From assembly GCA_016618085.1 (NCBI GenBank), contig JABLTG010000106.1, forward strand, positions 1-64,000: a DNA stretch of 64,000 nt, given 5' to 3'. This document shows, piece by piece, positions 32,724 through 42,944 of the stretch. The notes under the pieces were generated by a model. It saw nothing but the letters and a program-made list of their open reading frames with translations. It made no database searches and had not been told where the DNA came from. The DNA comes from Neovahlkampfia damariscottae (Eukaryota). The first letter of the stretch is position 1, and each line of letters begins with the position of its first letter. Made by a program: the position numbers and the translations under genes.

Positions 32724-33857
32724 TTAGACAATCATTAAACTACCACCATATCTATTATTTTTAACCTTATGTTTAGCCATCAATCCAGCACCGTAATATA
32801 AAGTATTAAAAAACCCGCCAATATCTGTGACACCTTGAATAATCATCTGAGAAATACTAGGTAGAGAACCAACTAATTGCTTGGCATCTTGCATTACGAA
32901 TGATTTGATTTCTTCATTCATCAATCCGGAATTATTCAATAAATCAAAAATAAATAATTGACAGTTGGTGCTTGATCCTTTGTATAAATATAATCTTTCC
33001 TTCCCCACAGCATCTAAAGCTGTTTGGTGCATTTTTATTAAATTTGTTGGTGTTATTTGCGCATAATTTGCAAGTTGAATACATTTTGCATTTTTGTAAC
33101 TTGAAGGTTCAACCAAATTAATTGATAAAACTTCATTTTTCTCCACGCGAACATATTGACCAGATATTAATCTGCAAATCATGAACAGATGAAACATATC
33201 ATCATATTGTAGTTCTTCCTTCTTTTTATTCCACTGACCAAATGAAATTGTGTTAATAATAGTGTTAAAAGCTGCTTGAATAGGTGTTTTACATATCATG
33301 ATACTTTCAATTGATAAATTACCAAAATTTGAAAGAAACTCTCGATAATAAGGTGGTGCATCAACTCTTATTGGGTTGGTGATTAAACTTTTTACTCTGT
33401 TAAATCCATTTTTAAATAACTCAGCAACTGAATTAAATAAATTACCACCTTCAAGTTGAATATCTTCATCATCATAATCAAAATATCCACCACCAACTAA
33501 ATCAAATATTTCTTTGAAATCATCAATAACAATCTCATCACCGTTTTGATCTAACAAACAATCACATTGAGGATTTATTTTTTCATCTAATTTGTGAACA
33601 ACATTTGAAACAACATTGATCGGATAGTTGTGAAGAAACAAACCATAACATAAATTCTTTTTTGAATAATGGTAAACATTAAGTACAAAATCATCATGTG
33701 GATCTTTGAGTTGAATGTAATTGTTGAATTCTTGGAGAACTTTGAAATCTTTAAAATCTTTTTTTGTTTGTTCCATTGGATGAACAGAAATTAAATCCAT
33801 ATTCATATCATTTAGTTTTAATAAAATGTAGTAATTTGGTAAATTTATATATGTCAT
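32724..33857 (-). CDS. Virion-associated candidate with permuted papain-like His/Cys motifs
   Basis: MFHLFM, VEKNE and LYKGSSTNCQLF; internal LVGGG, LEGG and YGAG putative maturation sites. Confidence 0.55.
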   Translation of the reverse strand: MTYINLPNYYILLKLNDMNMDLISVHPMEQTKKDFKDFKVLQEFNNYIQLKDPHDDFVLNVYHYSKKNLCYGLFLHNYPINVVSNVVHKLDEKINPQCDCLLDQNGDEIVIDDFKEIFDLVGGGYFDYDDEDIQLEGGNLFNSVAELFKNGFNRVKSLITNPIRVDAPPYYREFLSNFGNLSIESIMICKTPIQAAFNTIINTISFGQWNKKKEELQYDDMFHLFMICRLISGQYVRVEKNEVLSINLVEPSSYKNAKCIQLANYAQITPTNLIKMHQTALDAVGKERLYLYKGSSTNCQLFIFDLLNNSGLMNEEIKSFVMQDAKQLVGSLPSISQMIIQGVTDIGGFFNTLYYGAGLMAKHKVKNNRYGGSLMIV

Positions 33858-33875
33858 ATATATTTACTTGATAAA

Positions 33876-36188
33876 TTAAAAACCATAAACTCGTCTTTGT
33901 AATGCTGCGAGTTTTCTTTTTCCATCGTCATTATAATCAAATCTTTCCTGTTTATCACTTAGGTTGACATCTTCGGTTATTTTTCTTTTTGTAACTTCTT
34001 GAGCACGTAAACGATCTTCGACAACATTCCCATAATCATAATAAGTTGCTTCTGTGTCTTTAGGATATTTCAATTTTAATAATTTCTTTTCTTTCTCCAA
34101 TTTGCTTTGATTTACTCCAAGACCTTTAATTTTGTGTTCTTCAACTTGGATGGTTGGTTCATTTGTTTTTAAAATGTTTTTAAGATTTTGTTTAATTTTA
34201 TTGTTTAAACCCATACCCATAACCTGTTGTTCGTTAAATTGGATGGTTTGATTGTTTTCTTTCAAATTTTCGGTGTATTGCTTTTCTGCTTTCGTTAATT
34301 TCTTTGCAGCTGGAACTTTCTTTTTAGGAATTTTGGTTTTATCTGTTTGTTTTTTAAATGTCTTCTTAACACCTTTCAATTGATTTTCTTTTTGTTGTGC
34401 CAAATTCATCGCTTCTTCACCAGTAACCCTTTCTCTTAATCTTTGGAATTCTGATTGAATTTCTCTCTCTCTTCTTAATTCTTCAAGATTACTGATTAAA
34501 TCCCTTTGTTCTTTTGATGCATTTTTAGGAACTTTCAAAACATTCAAATCATACAAATTAATTCCAATATCATGACTAGCTAAAATTAAATCATCGATTG
34601 TCATTGCTTCCAAGTCGCTTCTTTTAGCTTCTGGTAGTCTTCTCATGATGACATTAATTAAATCTTCCTTTTTCAATGTTTTTTTTAAAGTTTCTACATC
34701 AGTTGATGGTAATGGAACATCTGGCTCTTTTGGTTTTGGTTTTTCTGATAAAGGTTCTGGGCTGATTTCACGGACAATTCTCTGTAAATCTTTGTATCTG
34801 CTTTTAAATGTTAAATCCAAATTACTGATTTTGTTTTTAAATTCGTCGAAATCTTTCTTTAAATTTTCAATCCCATGTAATGCATCGCGAGCAGCATCCA
34901 ATATGGCTCTTTTTTTACCACCAGAACCAAGCTTAAAACCGAAAGCTACTGAATAATTATGAAGAATGTGAATAATTTTATCTTCATCAGGGATCTGTGC
35001 ACTAGTACTTAAATCATTAAATACTGGCATATTTATAATTTCAATTAATTGGTTTTCTGATTGTGAGCTTATTTTCTTTAGTCGTTCGTCAAGAGCTCCA
35101 TATTTTGTTTTCACATGACCGATATTTTTATTAAGCTGTTCAAACTCTTCGAACAGATCATTTTTAAGACTTTCATCTTTATTCTTATCAAACTCTGTGA
35201 TCATTTGACTGAATTTATTTACTCTTGTACTAGTTTGGTCAACATTTATGTTCAAATCTGCAATTTCACCAAGGATATTCGAATTGATGATCGTTCTTTT
35301 ACTTTCAAGCAATTCCGATAACTTCTTGTGATTTGAATATTTCCCTAAACTTTTTGAAATAATTTCACTTGCTTTGCTTTTGCTATCTTGCTCAATTTTT
35401 TTCATTTCTTTTTGTCTTCCTTCTTTTTCTTTGTTCGATTGATTTTTTTTTTTCACTTGTGACGTAATTTGATCAGTTATGTCCATTACGTCGGAAGGTT
35501 TTGTTTTTTTGGGTTCCAATGATTGTTCAATTTTCATTCTAGGTATTAAATCATCTAATTGTGTTAAAACCTTATTAAATTCCGTTTTTTTGGATTTGGA
35601 AGCATTCTGTAGGTTATCTTTTAGAGTATCTTTTAGTTCTTCCAAATCATCAATATCATAATCATTACTGATTTCTCCTTCCTCTACCATCTTTTTGTAA
35701 TACTTTCTCAACAATGCAAAGTCCCTCTTTGTTCTTATTGTATTTTTTATTTCATCTAATTCGGATGAAATAGGTTTGCTTTGTTTCATTGTCTTACTAC
35801 CTTCTCTCAACGTTTCATCTGCTAATTCAGCATCTTTTTGTTCTTTGTATTTCTTTTTTGCTTTTTCAAATTCTTCAACATCCTGATCCTTTTTTTGTTC
35901 CTTTATGATATCTTTAAAAATTTCTTTCATTTGGACTTCGATTGCTTCATAATCTTCCATTCGTTTTTCAGATAAATCTTTGTTATGTTTCAATGCATTA
36001 ACTATAAAATCGTTAAATTTAACTAAATTGTCGACTGTAAAGTCCTTACCGATGATGTTTTCATCCGCTACTTCTTTGAAATGTTTTAATAAATTTTTGT
36101 TAAATCTTTTTGACTTGAAGGATTTTAAATATTCGTCAACATAACCACCTCCAATTAATGGCATTACTTTTGGTTTTTTTTGTCTCAT
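33876..36188 (-). CDS. Large coiled-coil Lys/Glu-rich protein (putative core/structural)
   Basis: ~770-aa open frame; LIGGG, MGMG and KGLG motifs; likely ATG at MRQKK. Confidence 0.7.
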   Translation of the reverse strand: MRQKKPKVMPLIGGGYVDEYLKSFKSKRFNKNLLKHFKEVADENIIGKDFTVDNLVKFNDFIVNALKHNKDLSEKRMEDYEAIEVQMKEIFKDIIKEQKKDQDVEEFEKAKKKYKEQKDAELADETLREGSKTMKQSKPISSELDEIKNTIRTKRDFALLRKYYKKMVEEGEISNDYDIDDLEELKDTLKDNLQNASKSKKTEFNKVLTQLDDLIPRMKIEQSLEPKKTKPSDVMDITDQITSQVKKKNQSNKEKEGRQKEMKKIEQDSKSKASEIISKSLGKYSNHKKLSELLESKRTIINSNILGEIADLNINVDQTSTRVNKFSQMITEFDKNKDESLKNDLFEEFEQLNKNIGHVKTKYGALDERLKKISSQSENQLIEIINMPVFNDLSTSAQIPDEDKIIHILHNYSVAFGFKLGSGGKKRAILDAARDALHGIENLKKDFDEFKNKISNLDLTFKSRYKDLQRIVREISPEPLSEKPKPKEPDVPLPSTDVETLKKTLKKEDLINVIMRRLPEAKRSDLEAMTIDDLILASHDIGINLYDLNVLKVPKNASKEQRDLISNLEELRREREIQSEFQRLRERVTGEEAMNLAQQKENQLKGVKKTFKKQTDKTKIPKKKVPAAKKLTKAEKQYTENLKENNQTIQFNEQQVMGMGLNNKIKQNLKNILKTNEPTIQVEEHKIKGLGVNQSKLEKEKKLLKLKYPKDTEATYYDYGNVVEDRLRAQEVTKRKITEDVNLSDKQERFDYNDDGKRKLAALQRRVYGF

Positions 36189-36274
36189 GTTATATAATTG
36201 TTGCAGAAAAAAAATATTCAAAAAATTACAAGTTTTCGTTAATTAAGAAAAAACTTCTCAACTTATTATATAAA

Positions 36275-37279
36275 ATGCTATCATTTACAAAAATTAATAA
36301 AGACAGTGTTCCAATCGCTTATGTAACTTGTGGTGAAAAAAAAAATAACGTTATTTGGTTAACCGTTGAAAATATAGATAAAGTACCAAATGAAATGAAA
36401 GAAAAAGTTAAAAACTTTGAAGACGTCATCGATTTCACCAGTTTGCAAAAACAATACAAAAAGACATTTGGTAAAAACATCCGATTAAATGCTTTGGATT
36501 ATAAAATCATCAACAACTGTATCGAACAAAATACTGAACCTGATGATCCAAGGTTGCAAAATATATGTTCATTAACTCGTAAAAAAATGAAAACTGATGC
36601 TACAACTTCTATTCAAGTTGATGATGGATTTGTTATGTTCATTCCACCTTTGAAAAAAAGTTTTCGAATGTATGTTGCTGGTCCTGCTGGAAGTGGTAAA
36701 TCTGTAATGTGTGGTAAAATTATAGCTGAGTATGCAAGAAATCGACCAGATAAAAATATTTACGTTTTTTCTGATGTGAATGAAGATGAAGCACTTGATA
36801 AATATAATCCGATAAGAGTTTTGTTAAATCAAGAAGTTGCAGACAATCCTATAACTATTAATGATATTCCACCAAGTTCTTTGATATTGTTTGACGATGT
36901 TGATGCGATACCTGACAAAAAAATTAAAAAATCGATTAATACTTTACAAAATGTAATTTTAAGAACTGGAAGACATCCACCAAATTATCCGAACGGTGGA
37001 ATAGCTGAAATTTCTTGTATATGTACAGCACATAATTTAACTAACTATTCAGAAACAAGGATTATTTTAAATGAAAGTAATTTCATCGTAGTTTTTCCAA
37101 GATCAACATGTAAAGCTAATTTACAATATGTATTAACCAAATATTACAATATGTCAAATGAAGATGTTAATAAACTTTGTTCTATTCCTACAAGATGGGC
37201 AATCGTTCAAAGGCAATTTCCATCTTATGTTATTACACAATCAGGTGTTTATCTTTATGGTCCATGTGTAGAATGTTAA
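36275..37279 (+). CDS. A32-like (FtsK-HerA) genome packaging ATPase
   Basis: YVAGPAGSGKS (Walker A), LILFDDVD (Walker B), LRTGRH and TRIILNE. Confidence 0.93.
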   Translation: MLSFTKINKDSVPIAYVTCGEKKNNVIWLTVENIDKVPNEMKEKVKNFEDVIDFTSLQKQYKKTFGKNIRLNALDYKIINNCIEQNTEPDDPRLQNICSLTRKKMKTDATTSIQVDDGFVMFIPPLKKSFRMYVAGPAGSGKSVMCGKIIAEYARNRPDKNIYVFSDVNEDEALDKYNPIRVLLNQEVADNPITINDIPPSSLILFDDVDAIPDKKIKKSINTLQNVILRTGRHPPNYPNGGIAEISCICTAHNLTNYSETRIILNESNFIVVFPRSTCKANLQYVLTKYYNMSNEDVNKLCSIPTRWAIVQRQFPSYVITQSGVYLYGPCVEC

Positions 37280-37326
37280 AGTATTTCTTAATTAACAAAA
37301 AACTTATCAAAATTAATATAAAAATT

Positions 37327-37432
37327 ACATAAATTTGGTTCCGTATTTTTCACAAAAAGATTTTTTTTAAAAACAAAAATTAACCAATCAAAAAATAATT
37401 TATTTACAAAAACAACGGAACCAAATTTCTGG
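37327..37432. repeat. Palindromic TCCG/CGGA module 7 (contains AACCAATC)
   Basis: TCCG 37340 to CGGA 37419, 80 bp. Confidence 0.85.
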
Positions 37433-37474
37433 ATGTTTATTTCATGATTTATATTTTATTTGGGTATAATATAA

Positions 37475-38046
37475 ATGGCAGATTTAAAACAAAAAATAGA
37501 AAAACTCAAACAATACCCGTTGGCAGATAAAGAAATTCAAAATATAACTGGTCACAAGTTATTAATTTATTCAGAGTTATACAATTATGACACGTTAGAG
37601 CATTTGTTACATATGAACAATGGTTCAGTCATCATCATGTACCTCCAGACGACCAGTACGGACATTATTGTTGTTTAAATAAGATTTCTGACAGAGAAGT
37701 TGAATTTTTTGACAGTTACGGATTATTTCCAGATAAACAATTGAAATTCACAGATTTTAACATGAACAAAAAAGTAAAACAAGACCGTACATATTTAAGT
37801 TGGTTAATGTACAATTCACCATATAAATTAAGTTTCAACCATTACAAATTTCAAAAGAAAGATCCACCTTCTCAGACATGTGGGTTCTGGTGTAGTCATA
37901 GGATTAAAAACAAACATTTGTCTTTAAAACAATATAAACATATGGTTGACAATGGTGTGAAACAATTAAAACAATTAGGTTTGAAAAATGCAAATTCAGA
38001 GGATTACATTGTTGTTGAAATGTATGATGATATATTTGGTACATGA
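37475..38046 (+). pseudogene. Adenain/Ulp1-like maturation cysteine protease, single frameshift at ~37650
   Basis: IIMYLQ / DQYGHYCCL...EFFDSYG...FQ...SQTCGFWC; catalytic His, Asp, Gln and Cys all present in the shifted frame. Confidence 0.88.
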
Positions 38047-38146
38047 ATTATGGTCCGTATTTTTCATGAAATTATTTTTTTTATTTTCAAATATTTTCTT
38101 ATTTTAAAAAAATTTATTTTCAATTTTTACGGAACACATTTTCTGG
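38041..38146. repeat. Palindromic TCCG/CGGA module 8
   Basis: TCCG 38054 to CGGA 38133, 80 bp. Confidence 0.85.
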
Positions 38147-38176
38147 AATAAAATAAAAATCTCCAGTATTAATATA

Positions 38177-39253
38177 ATGTTAAGTTACAACCAAATATCA
38201 CAACTAGCAGATAATATTTATTACAATGCCCAAGCTGTAAATAGAAGTGATGTTCCCGTTCCATTTATTTACAAAGATAAGCAAGCTTATAGTTTAGTAA
38301 ATTCTGGATATAGATATAAGTTATTAGTAAAAAGATTTTCAATTGATGCAAGTACAATACCAATCATGTTTTTTCCTTCAACACAGTATGCTGCATTTAC
38401 ATTAAATGACGAATACACAACAGCAGATAATAATTATTATTCTGTTACAATTACTGACAATCTGGGTGTTACACATCAAGCATTTCTACAACATGAAAGT
38501 TTTAGTGATGACCCAACGGATCTGAGAATTTGGACGATTGAGCAGTTTTTACAAATATTAAACAAAGCTGTCAGATCTGCATGTTTCAATACAAATGTTA
38601 ATAATAACAAAGTACCTTATTTCATATATGATAGAGATAGAGCAATCATTGATATTTATTTTCCTGAAGAATTTGCTAATCTTATGGCAACTCATAAATT
38701 CTACATGAATACAAAGCTGTGGGGATTATTTGGAAATTTTGCTCATACCAAGACAAATTTAGATCAAGGGAGAGATTATAGAATTGATGTCTATTTAGAC
38801 GGATCAAATGCAACAACAAATCAAGTTGTTCATTGTAGAGATACAACGATTAATATAACATCTGGAGCTGATTGTATCATTGTTAAGGGATACTATTGTA
38901 CTATTTATAAATTACATCAAGTTAGAAATATTATTTTTACAAGTAACCTTTTACCAATTAGAGCGGAATTTTTAAACAGTACGTTAGGATTGAATAACGG
39001 TCAATCACTTAGTGAAAAAAAAATATTGAAGAATTTTGAGTTTCAAATGGAAAACCAAGATGCTTTATATTCAAGATCAATTCAAAACTTCACTGCAACA
39101 GAACCCGAAGAGATTGATCTTGAAGATAGTAGGGAAATTAAAGATATTGATATAAGTATATTTTATACAGATGTTCATGGTAAAATTCACCCTCTCCTTG
39201 TTCCACCAGATAGTTTAACCACTATCAAGCTCTTATTTAAAAGAGTTGATTAA
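38177..39253 (+). CDS. Virophage minor capsid (penton) protein
   Basis: NIYYN, YKLLVKRFSID...IPI, IIFTSNLLPI and IDISIFYTD...IKLLFKR; lies between protease and MCP. Confidence 0.82.
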   Translation: MLSYNQISQLADNIYYNAQAVNRSDVPVPFIYKDKQAYSLVNSGYRYKLLVKRFSIDASTIPIMFFPSTQYAAFTLNDEYTTADNNYYSVTITDNLGVTHQAFLQHESFSDDPTDLRIWTIEQFLQILNKAVRSACFNTNVNNNKVPYFIYDRDRAIIDIYFPEEFANLMATHKFYMNTKLWGLFGNFAHTKTNLDQGRDYRIDVYLDGSNATTNQVVHCRDTTINITSGADCIIVKGYYCTIYKLHQVRNIIFTSNLLPIRAEFLNSTLGLNNGQSLSEKKILKNFEFQMENQDALYSRSIQNFTATEPEEIDLEDSREIKDIDISIFYTDVHGKIHPLLVPPDSLTTIKLLFKRVD

Positions 39254-39307
39254 TTTATTAAAATTTATTTACAAATGTAAATTTTAATCAAAAATATTTT
39301 AAAACAT

Positions 39308-41089
39308 TTAATTATCGTGAAGTAATTGCGACCTTGTTATAATTGCTCCACCTTCTTTATCAGATTTTTTATTTCTTCTTTGTTTCTTATCAACTGAAAT
39401 ACCTAAGCCGATTTTTTCAGCTCCGTCTGCGATAGTTTTTGCAATTGGTGCACCCATTTGAACACCTTTTCTAATCATTTTAGCAATTGGTAATGCAGAC
39501 GATAAAATAGACAATAACGGAGCAGCTCCACCGCTAATTCTTCCACCAAATTGATTTTGTTCATATGGATCAGGATAAACAACTTCATAATCATTTTGAA
39601 TACTGTCAATAACATTGTCAGATGTAAGAACACTTCTGTTTTTGATACAAGATGAATTTTTGATAATTGTTACAGTTCCATCGTAGATAATCGCAGTATT
39701 AAGTTGAAATTTGGTCGTTGTTGTGTCTGCATCAATTCTTTCCCAATCAACTTCAAATCTGAGTAATGGAACACCTTGAACACCCGGAGCCATATCTTCA
39801 GACAATGGAATTTCCTCACCAAAATTAAATTTGTAGTATCCACCAACATAACTTTTGGTTTGAGAATAACTTAAATTTAAACCCCTTTTCTTTGAATTTA
39901 GATACAAATCCATATCATCGTATTCCCCGAGATTTGTACCTTTTCCAGCAAATCCAAGTCTTACCTTTTTAATATATGCTTTTGCTGTTGCTGTTTTTTT
40001 CAATTTTGCCAAGTCATCACCCTCGATTTCAGCCTTTTGTTCCGAAACCCAAATGACAATTGCACGAGGAACACTGGCTAAATTGACGTTGTTAAACCTA
40101 GCTGTTCCAGATGAACCAGCTGTCAAATCTTGTGCTTGATATTCAATTTCTTGATGAGGATATACAACATTTGATGGAATGTTTGCGAGCAATTTAGGTG
40201 TGAAATAATTGAAATGTAATTCGAATGCCTCTAGTTTAGCAGTGATTGATGTTAAACCGATTGATGCTGCAATTGAACTCTTTGCGCATATCATTCTGGA
40301 ATAATTTCCGAAATTCGCTGAGTAAGTCATTGTTTTAATTCCACTTAAACAATATGGTTGGAAGTAAAATGGTGATATTTTAATTGGTTCCATCACAGTA
40401 AAATCAATCACCAATGTTGATGCGGTACCTGTGGTCAAATCCGGAAAAGTAAACGGTGTTTCTCCATCTGCTTCATAATAATTGATGTTGGTAAACGAAC
40501 CTCTTGGCTCTCCAATTTGAAAGTTTCCATATTGACTAAATGCATCTTTTTGTGTCAATGCTGCTTCACCATAGGTGTTGAATTCATCCATTTGGTTTGG
40601 AGTTAATGAATATTGACCGACTTTATCATCTACTGAATTTGCAAATCTATAAAATGCTTCATGATAATCTTGTTGATTTGCAACTGAAAAAGCATTCCCG
40701 TTGATTTTGAGTTCTTCCCCTGTAATGACTTTATCAAGTGGATGGTCACGAAGAATAATGTTTGCTTGTGCTTTACTCGCACCCCATGCTGTAGCTTTCG
40801 CAACGTTACCAGTCGGTGTAGCCTTCAATGTTAATGTCCATCTTGCTTTTTTCCATGCTAATGGGTGAACCAAACTATCAGCACCATTTGAAGGGTTACA
40901 ATTTATATTTACATTGGATGAATTTGGATTACCTGCTCTGTGGATACCAACCTCGCTCTCTACTGCACCTTGTAAAACATTGTAATATCTTTTTGATTTC
41001 AAATCAAAGCATTGTGGAATAGCATTGTTTAAAGATAATGGAACTGCTGATAAACCAGCTTCTAAATCTCTTGGATGTACTTCAGACAT
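39308..41089 (-). CDS. Virophage major capsid protein (double jelly-roll, Sputnik-like), 593 aa
   Basis: N-terminus SAVPL...RYYNVLQG...SSNVNINCNP resembles Sputnik V20 as recalled; EPIKISPF and VPRAIVIWV; C-terminal GG sites then an amphipathic/basic tail. Confidence 0.88.
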   Translation of the reverse strand: MSEVHPRDLEAGLSAVPLSLNNAIPQCFDLKSKRYYNVLQGAVESEVGIHRAGNPNSSNVNINCNPSNGADSLVHPLAWKKARWTLTLKATPTGNVAKATAWGASKAQANIILRDHPLDKVITGEELKINGNAFSVANQQDYHEAFYRFANSVDDKVGQYSLTPNQMDEFNTYGEAALTQKDAFSQYGNFQIGEPRGSFTNINYYEADGETPFTFPDLTTGTASTLVIDFTVMEPIKISPFYFQPYCLSGIKTMTYSANFGNYSRMICAKSSIAASIGLTSITAKLEAFELHFNYFTPKLLANIPSNVVYPHQEIEYQAQDLTAGSSGTARFNNVNLASVPRAIVIWVSEQKAEIEGDDLAKLKKTATAKAYIKKVRLGFAGKGTNLGEYDDMDLYLNSKKRGLNLSYSQTKSYVGGYYKFNFGEEIPLSEDMAPGVQGVPLLRFEVDWERIDADTTTTKFQLNTAIIYDGTVTIIKNSSCIKNRSVLTSDNVIDSIQNDYEVVYPDPYEQNQFGGRISGGAAPLLSILSSALPIAKMIRKGVQMGAPIAKTIADGAEKIGLGISVDKKQRRNKKSDKEGGAIITRSQLLHDN

Positions 41090-41134
41090 TTTATATTATA
41101 AACGCAGAAAATAATTTCTAAATCTATAATATAA

Positions 41135-42526
41135 ATGTTAAAAACACTAACACAAGAGAACAATGGGATACATATTAAACCAAAAGATTTGACATGTGAA
41201 AATTTACCAACATTCGCAGGTGAAACTCTACCGTCTGTTACCGACATTGTTCAAAGAAACGCAGCAGATGTATTAAGTGGGGAGAAGATCATCGTAGGTG
41301 ATGGAACAAACAAAATTAAAGACAGTAATATTGACGCAACCGGTGATAATATCAATCTACCTCTTGATAAAGGGTTATTTATCAATTCACAACCTATAGT
41401 CTATCAAGATAATGCTGATGCAAGTAAATACAAGGCGGAAGTTCATAGTGCAAAGTTAAATGATGCTTCAAATCAGTTGACAATTCAGCCAAATGGTGCG
41501 GGTTTTAATGTTGCCTTGAATGCCACCAATCCAGCAGCAAATCGAGTTTATAGTTTACCGGATGCAGGTGCAGATGCTGATATTGTTTTAACTGAAGGTG
41601 CACAAACTATAAACGGCGCAAAAGTATTATCAGGAACAGGAAACATTACCATGAATACTGGTGCAGTCCTTGAAACAAATGATATTGTAAGTAAAACAGG
41701 TTCAGATATTACCATTGATGCAGTTGGCGACCAAAGAATAAATTTCGGAACATTATCCAATTTTGGGACCAGATTTACAACAACAGCATCAAACAACTGG
41801 GCTGCTGAATTTAGAAATAATACAGGGAATTATATGGTTGTCGCTGGTACATATGAACAAGGGGGTGATCAAAGACCACAAATTGGAGGTCACCAAATAA
41901 GCCCTCTTGCTTGGGACGTATTATGGTTAAATCCAGTTTCCGCAGTCAATACATACGTATGTATTGGTGACCAAACTAGAGCTAACGTTATTGCTAAAGG
42001 TAGTAAATTATATGTAGAGGGTTCAATATATTCATCCAGTCCTTTATTATCAGGTAGTTCGCTCACTATTAGACAAAATGGAGCAAATGGTCATATTTTA
42101 ACAAGTGCAGTTGCCCCTAGCTCTGCATATAATCATTTTCTTCAGCCTAAAACTGGAACTTTATGTGACGTAGATCAAAGAATTATTAATATGGGTTTGG
42201 CTGCTGACTTTACGACAGCATCTGCCACATATGTTCGAGCTACAAACTTCCTTTTTGCTGGTACCAATAACCTTGGAGATTTCATGACCAACTTATTTGT
42301 TGCCTATAGCGCTTCAGGTGGGTTTTTGGTTAGTATCAGATTACAAGATGTTACAAACAGTCTAACAATTGCCGAAAGTGCAGGTTTTGCTTCTGGTGGT
42401 TCAAATCAAATTTTAACTTTATCAAGTTTTAGTAATTTACCATCAGGTCCTGCAATTTTCGAATTACAATGTAGTACAACAACAGCACCAAATATAACTA
42501 TTCATGCAGCATCTCTTCAATTGTAA
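41135..42526 (+). CDS. Putative fibre / receptor-binding protein
   Basis: G/A/S/T/N-rich; RVYSLPDAG and QTINGAKVLSG fibre-like motifs; higher GC than neighbours. Confidence 0.6.
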   Translation: MLKTLTQENNGIHIKPKDLTCENLPTFAGETLPSVTDIVQRNAADVLSGEKIIVGDGTNKIKDSNIDATGDNINLPLDKGLFINSQPIVYQDNADASKYKAEVHSAKLNDASNQLTIQPNGAGFNVALNATNPAANRVYSLPDAGADADIVLTEGAQTINGAKVLSGTGNITMNTGAVLETNDIVSKTGSDITIDAVGDQRINFGTLSNFGTRFTTTASNNWAAEFRNNTGNYMVVAGTYEQGGDQRPQIGGHQISPLAWDVLWLNPVSAVNTYVCIGDQTRANVIAKGSKLYVEGSIYSSSPLLSGSSLTIRQNGANGHILTSAVAPSSAYNHFLQPKTGTLCDVDQRIINMGLAADFTTASATYVRATNFLFAGTNNLGDFMTNLFVAYSASGGFLVSIRLQDVTNSLTIAESAGFASGGSNQILTLSSFSNLPSGPAIFELQCSTTTAPNITIHAASLQL

Positions 42527-42553
42527 TTTTTTTAATCTCGAATAAGTATATAG

Positions 42554-42832
42554 ATGGTCGACCCGATTACAGTGACAATCATTTTACAAGTTGTCAATAT
42601 GGCAGTTACAGCTGTTTTAGTTCCTTTAGTTGCAGCAGGTGTTGAATTTTCAAAAAGAATTACAAAATCAAGTTGTTGTTTTGGATCGGGAGTTGAATTA
42701 ACACCTTCCCAATTACAAGAACAAATGAAAAAAACAGCTTCAGAACATAAAATTAACATTAATAAACAAAATGAACAAATTGAACAATTAATCAATATGT
42801 TAAATAAAAATGAACAAAATGAACAAGTTTAA
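42554..42832 (+). CDS. Small membrane protein with SSCC motif and coiled coil
   Basis: Paralog of 15007-15321. Confidence 0.65.
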   Translation: MVDPITVTIILQVVNMAVTAVLVPLVAAGVEFSKRITKSSCCFGSGVELTPSQLQEQMKKTASEHKININKQNEQIEQLINMLNKNEQNEQV

Positions 42833-42835
42833 TTT

Positions 42836-42941
42836 ACATAAAATACGTTCCGTAAAAATTGAAAATAAATATTTTAAAATATTAAATATATTCTAAAATA
42901 AAAAAAATTATAAATTAAAAATAACGGACAACATTTCATGT
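42836..42941. repeat. Palindromic TCCG/CGGA module 9
   Basis: TCCG 42849 to CGGA 42928, 80 bp; between convergent genes. Confidence 0.85.
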
Positions 42942-42944
42942 AGA

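Noticed and set aside
34645..35661. Antisense ORFs here and elsewhere (e.g. 4189, 7673, 20973, 30157, 41548, 49230, 63584)
   Set aside because: Shadow frames of real genes, rich in F/S/I/L, with no independent support.
36158..36274. Hydrophobic N-terminal extension on the ATPase
   Set aside because: Overlaps the divergent gene start; the ATG at 36275 has the TATAAA-ATG context seen in other viral genes.
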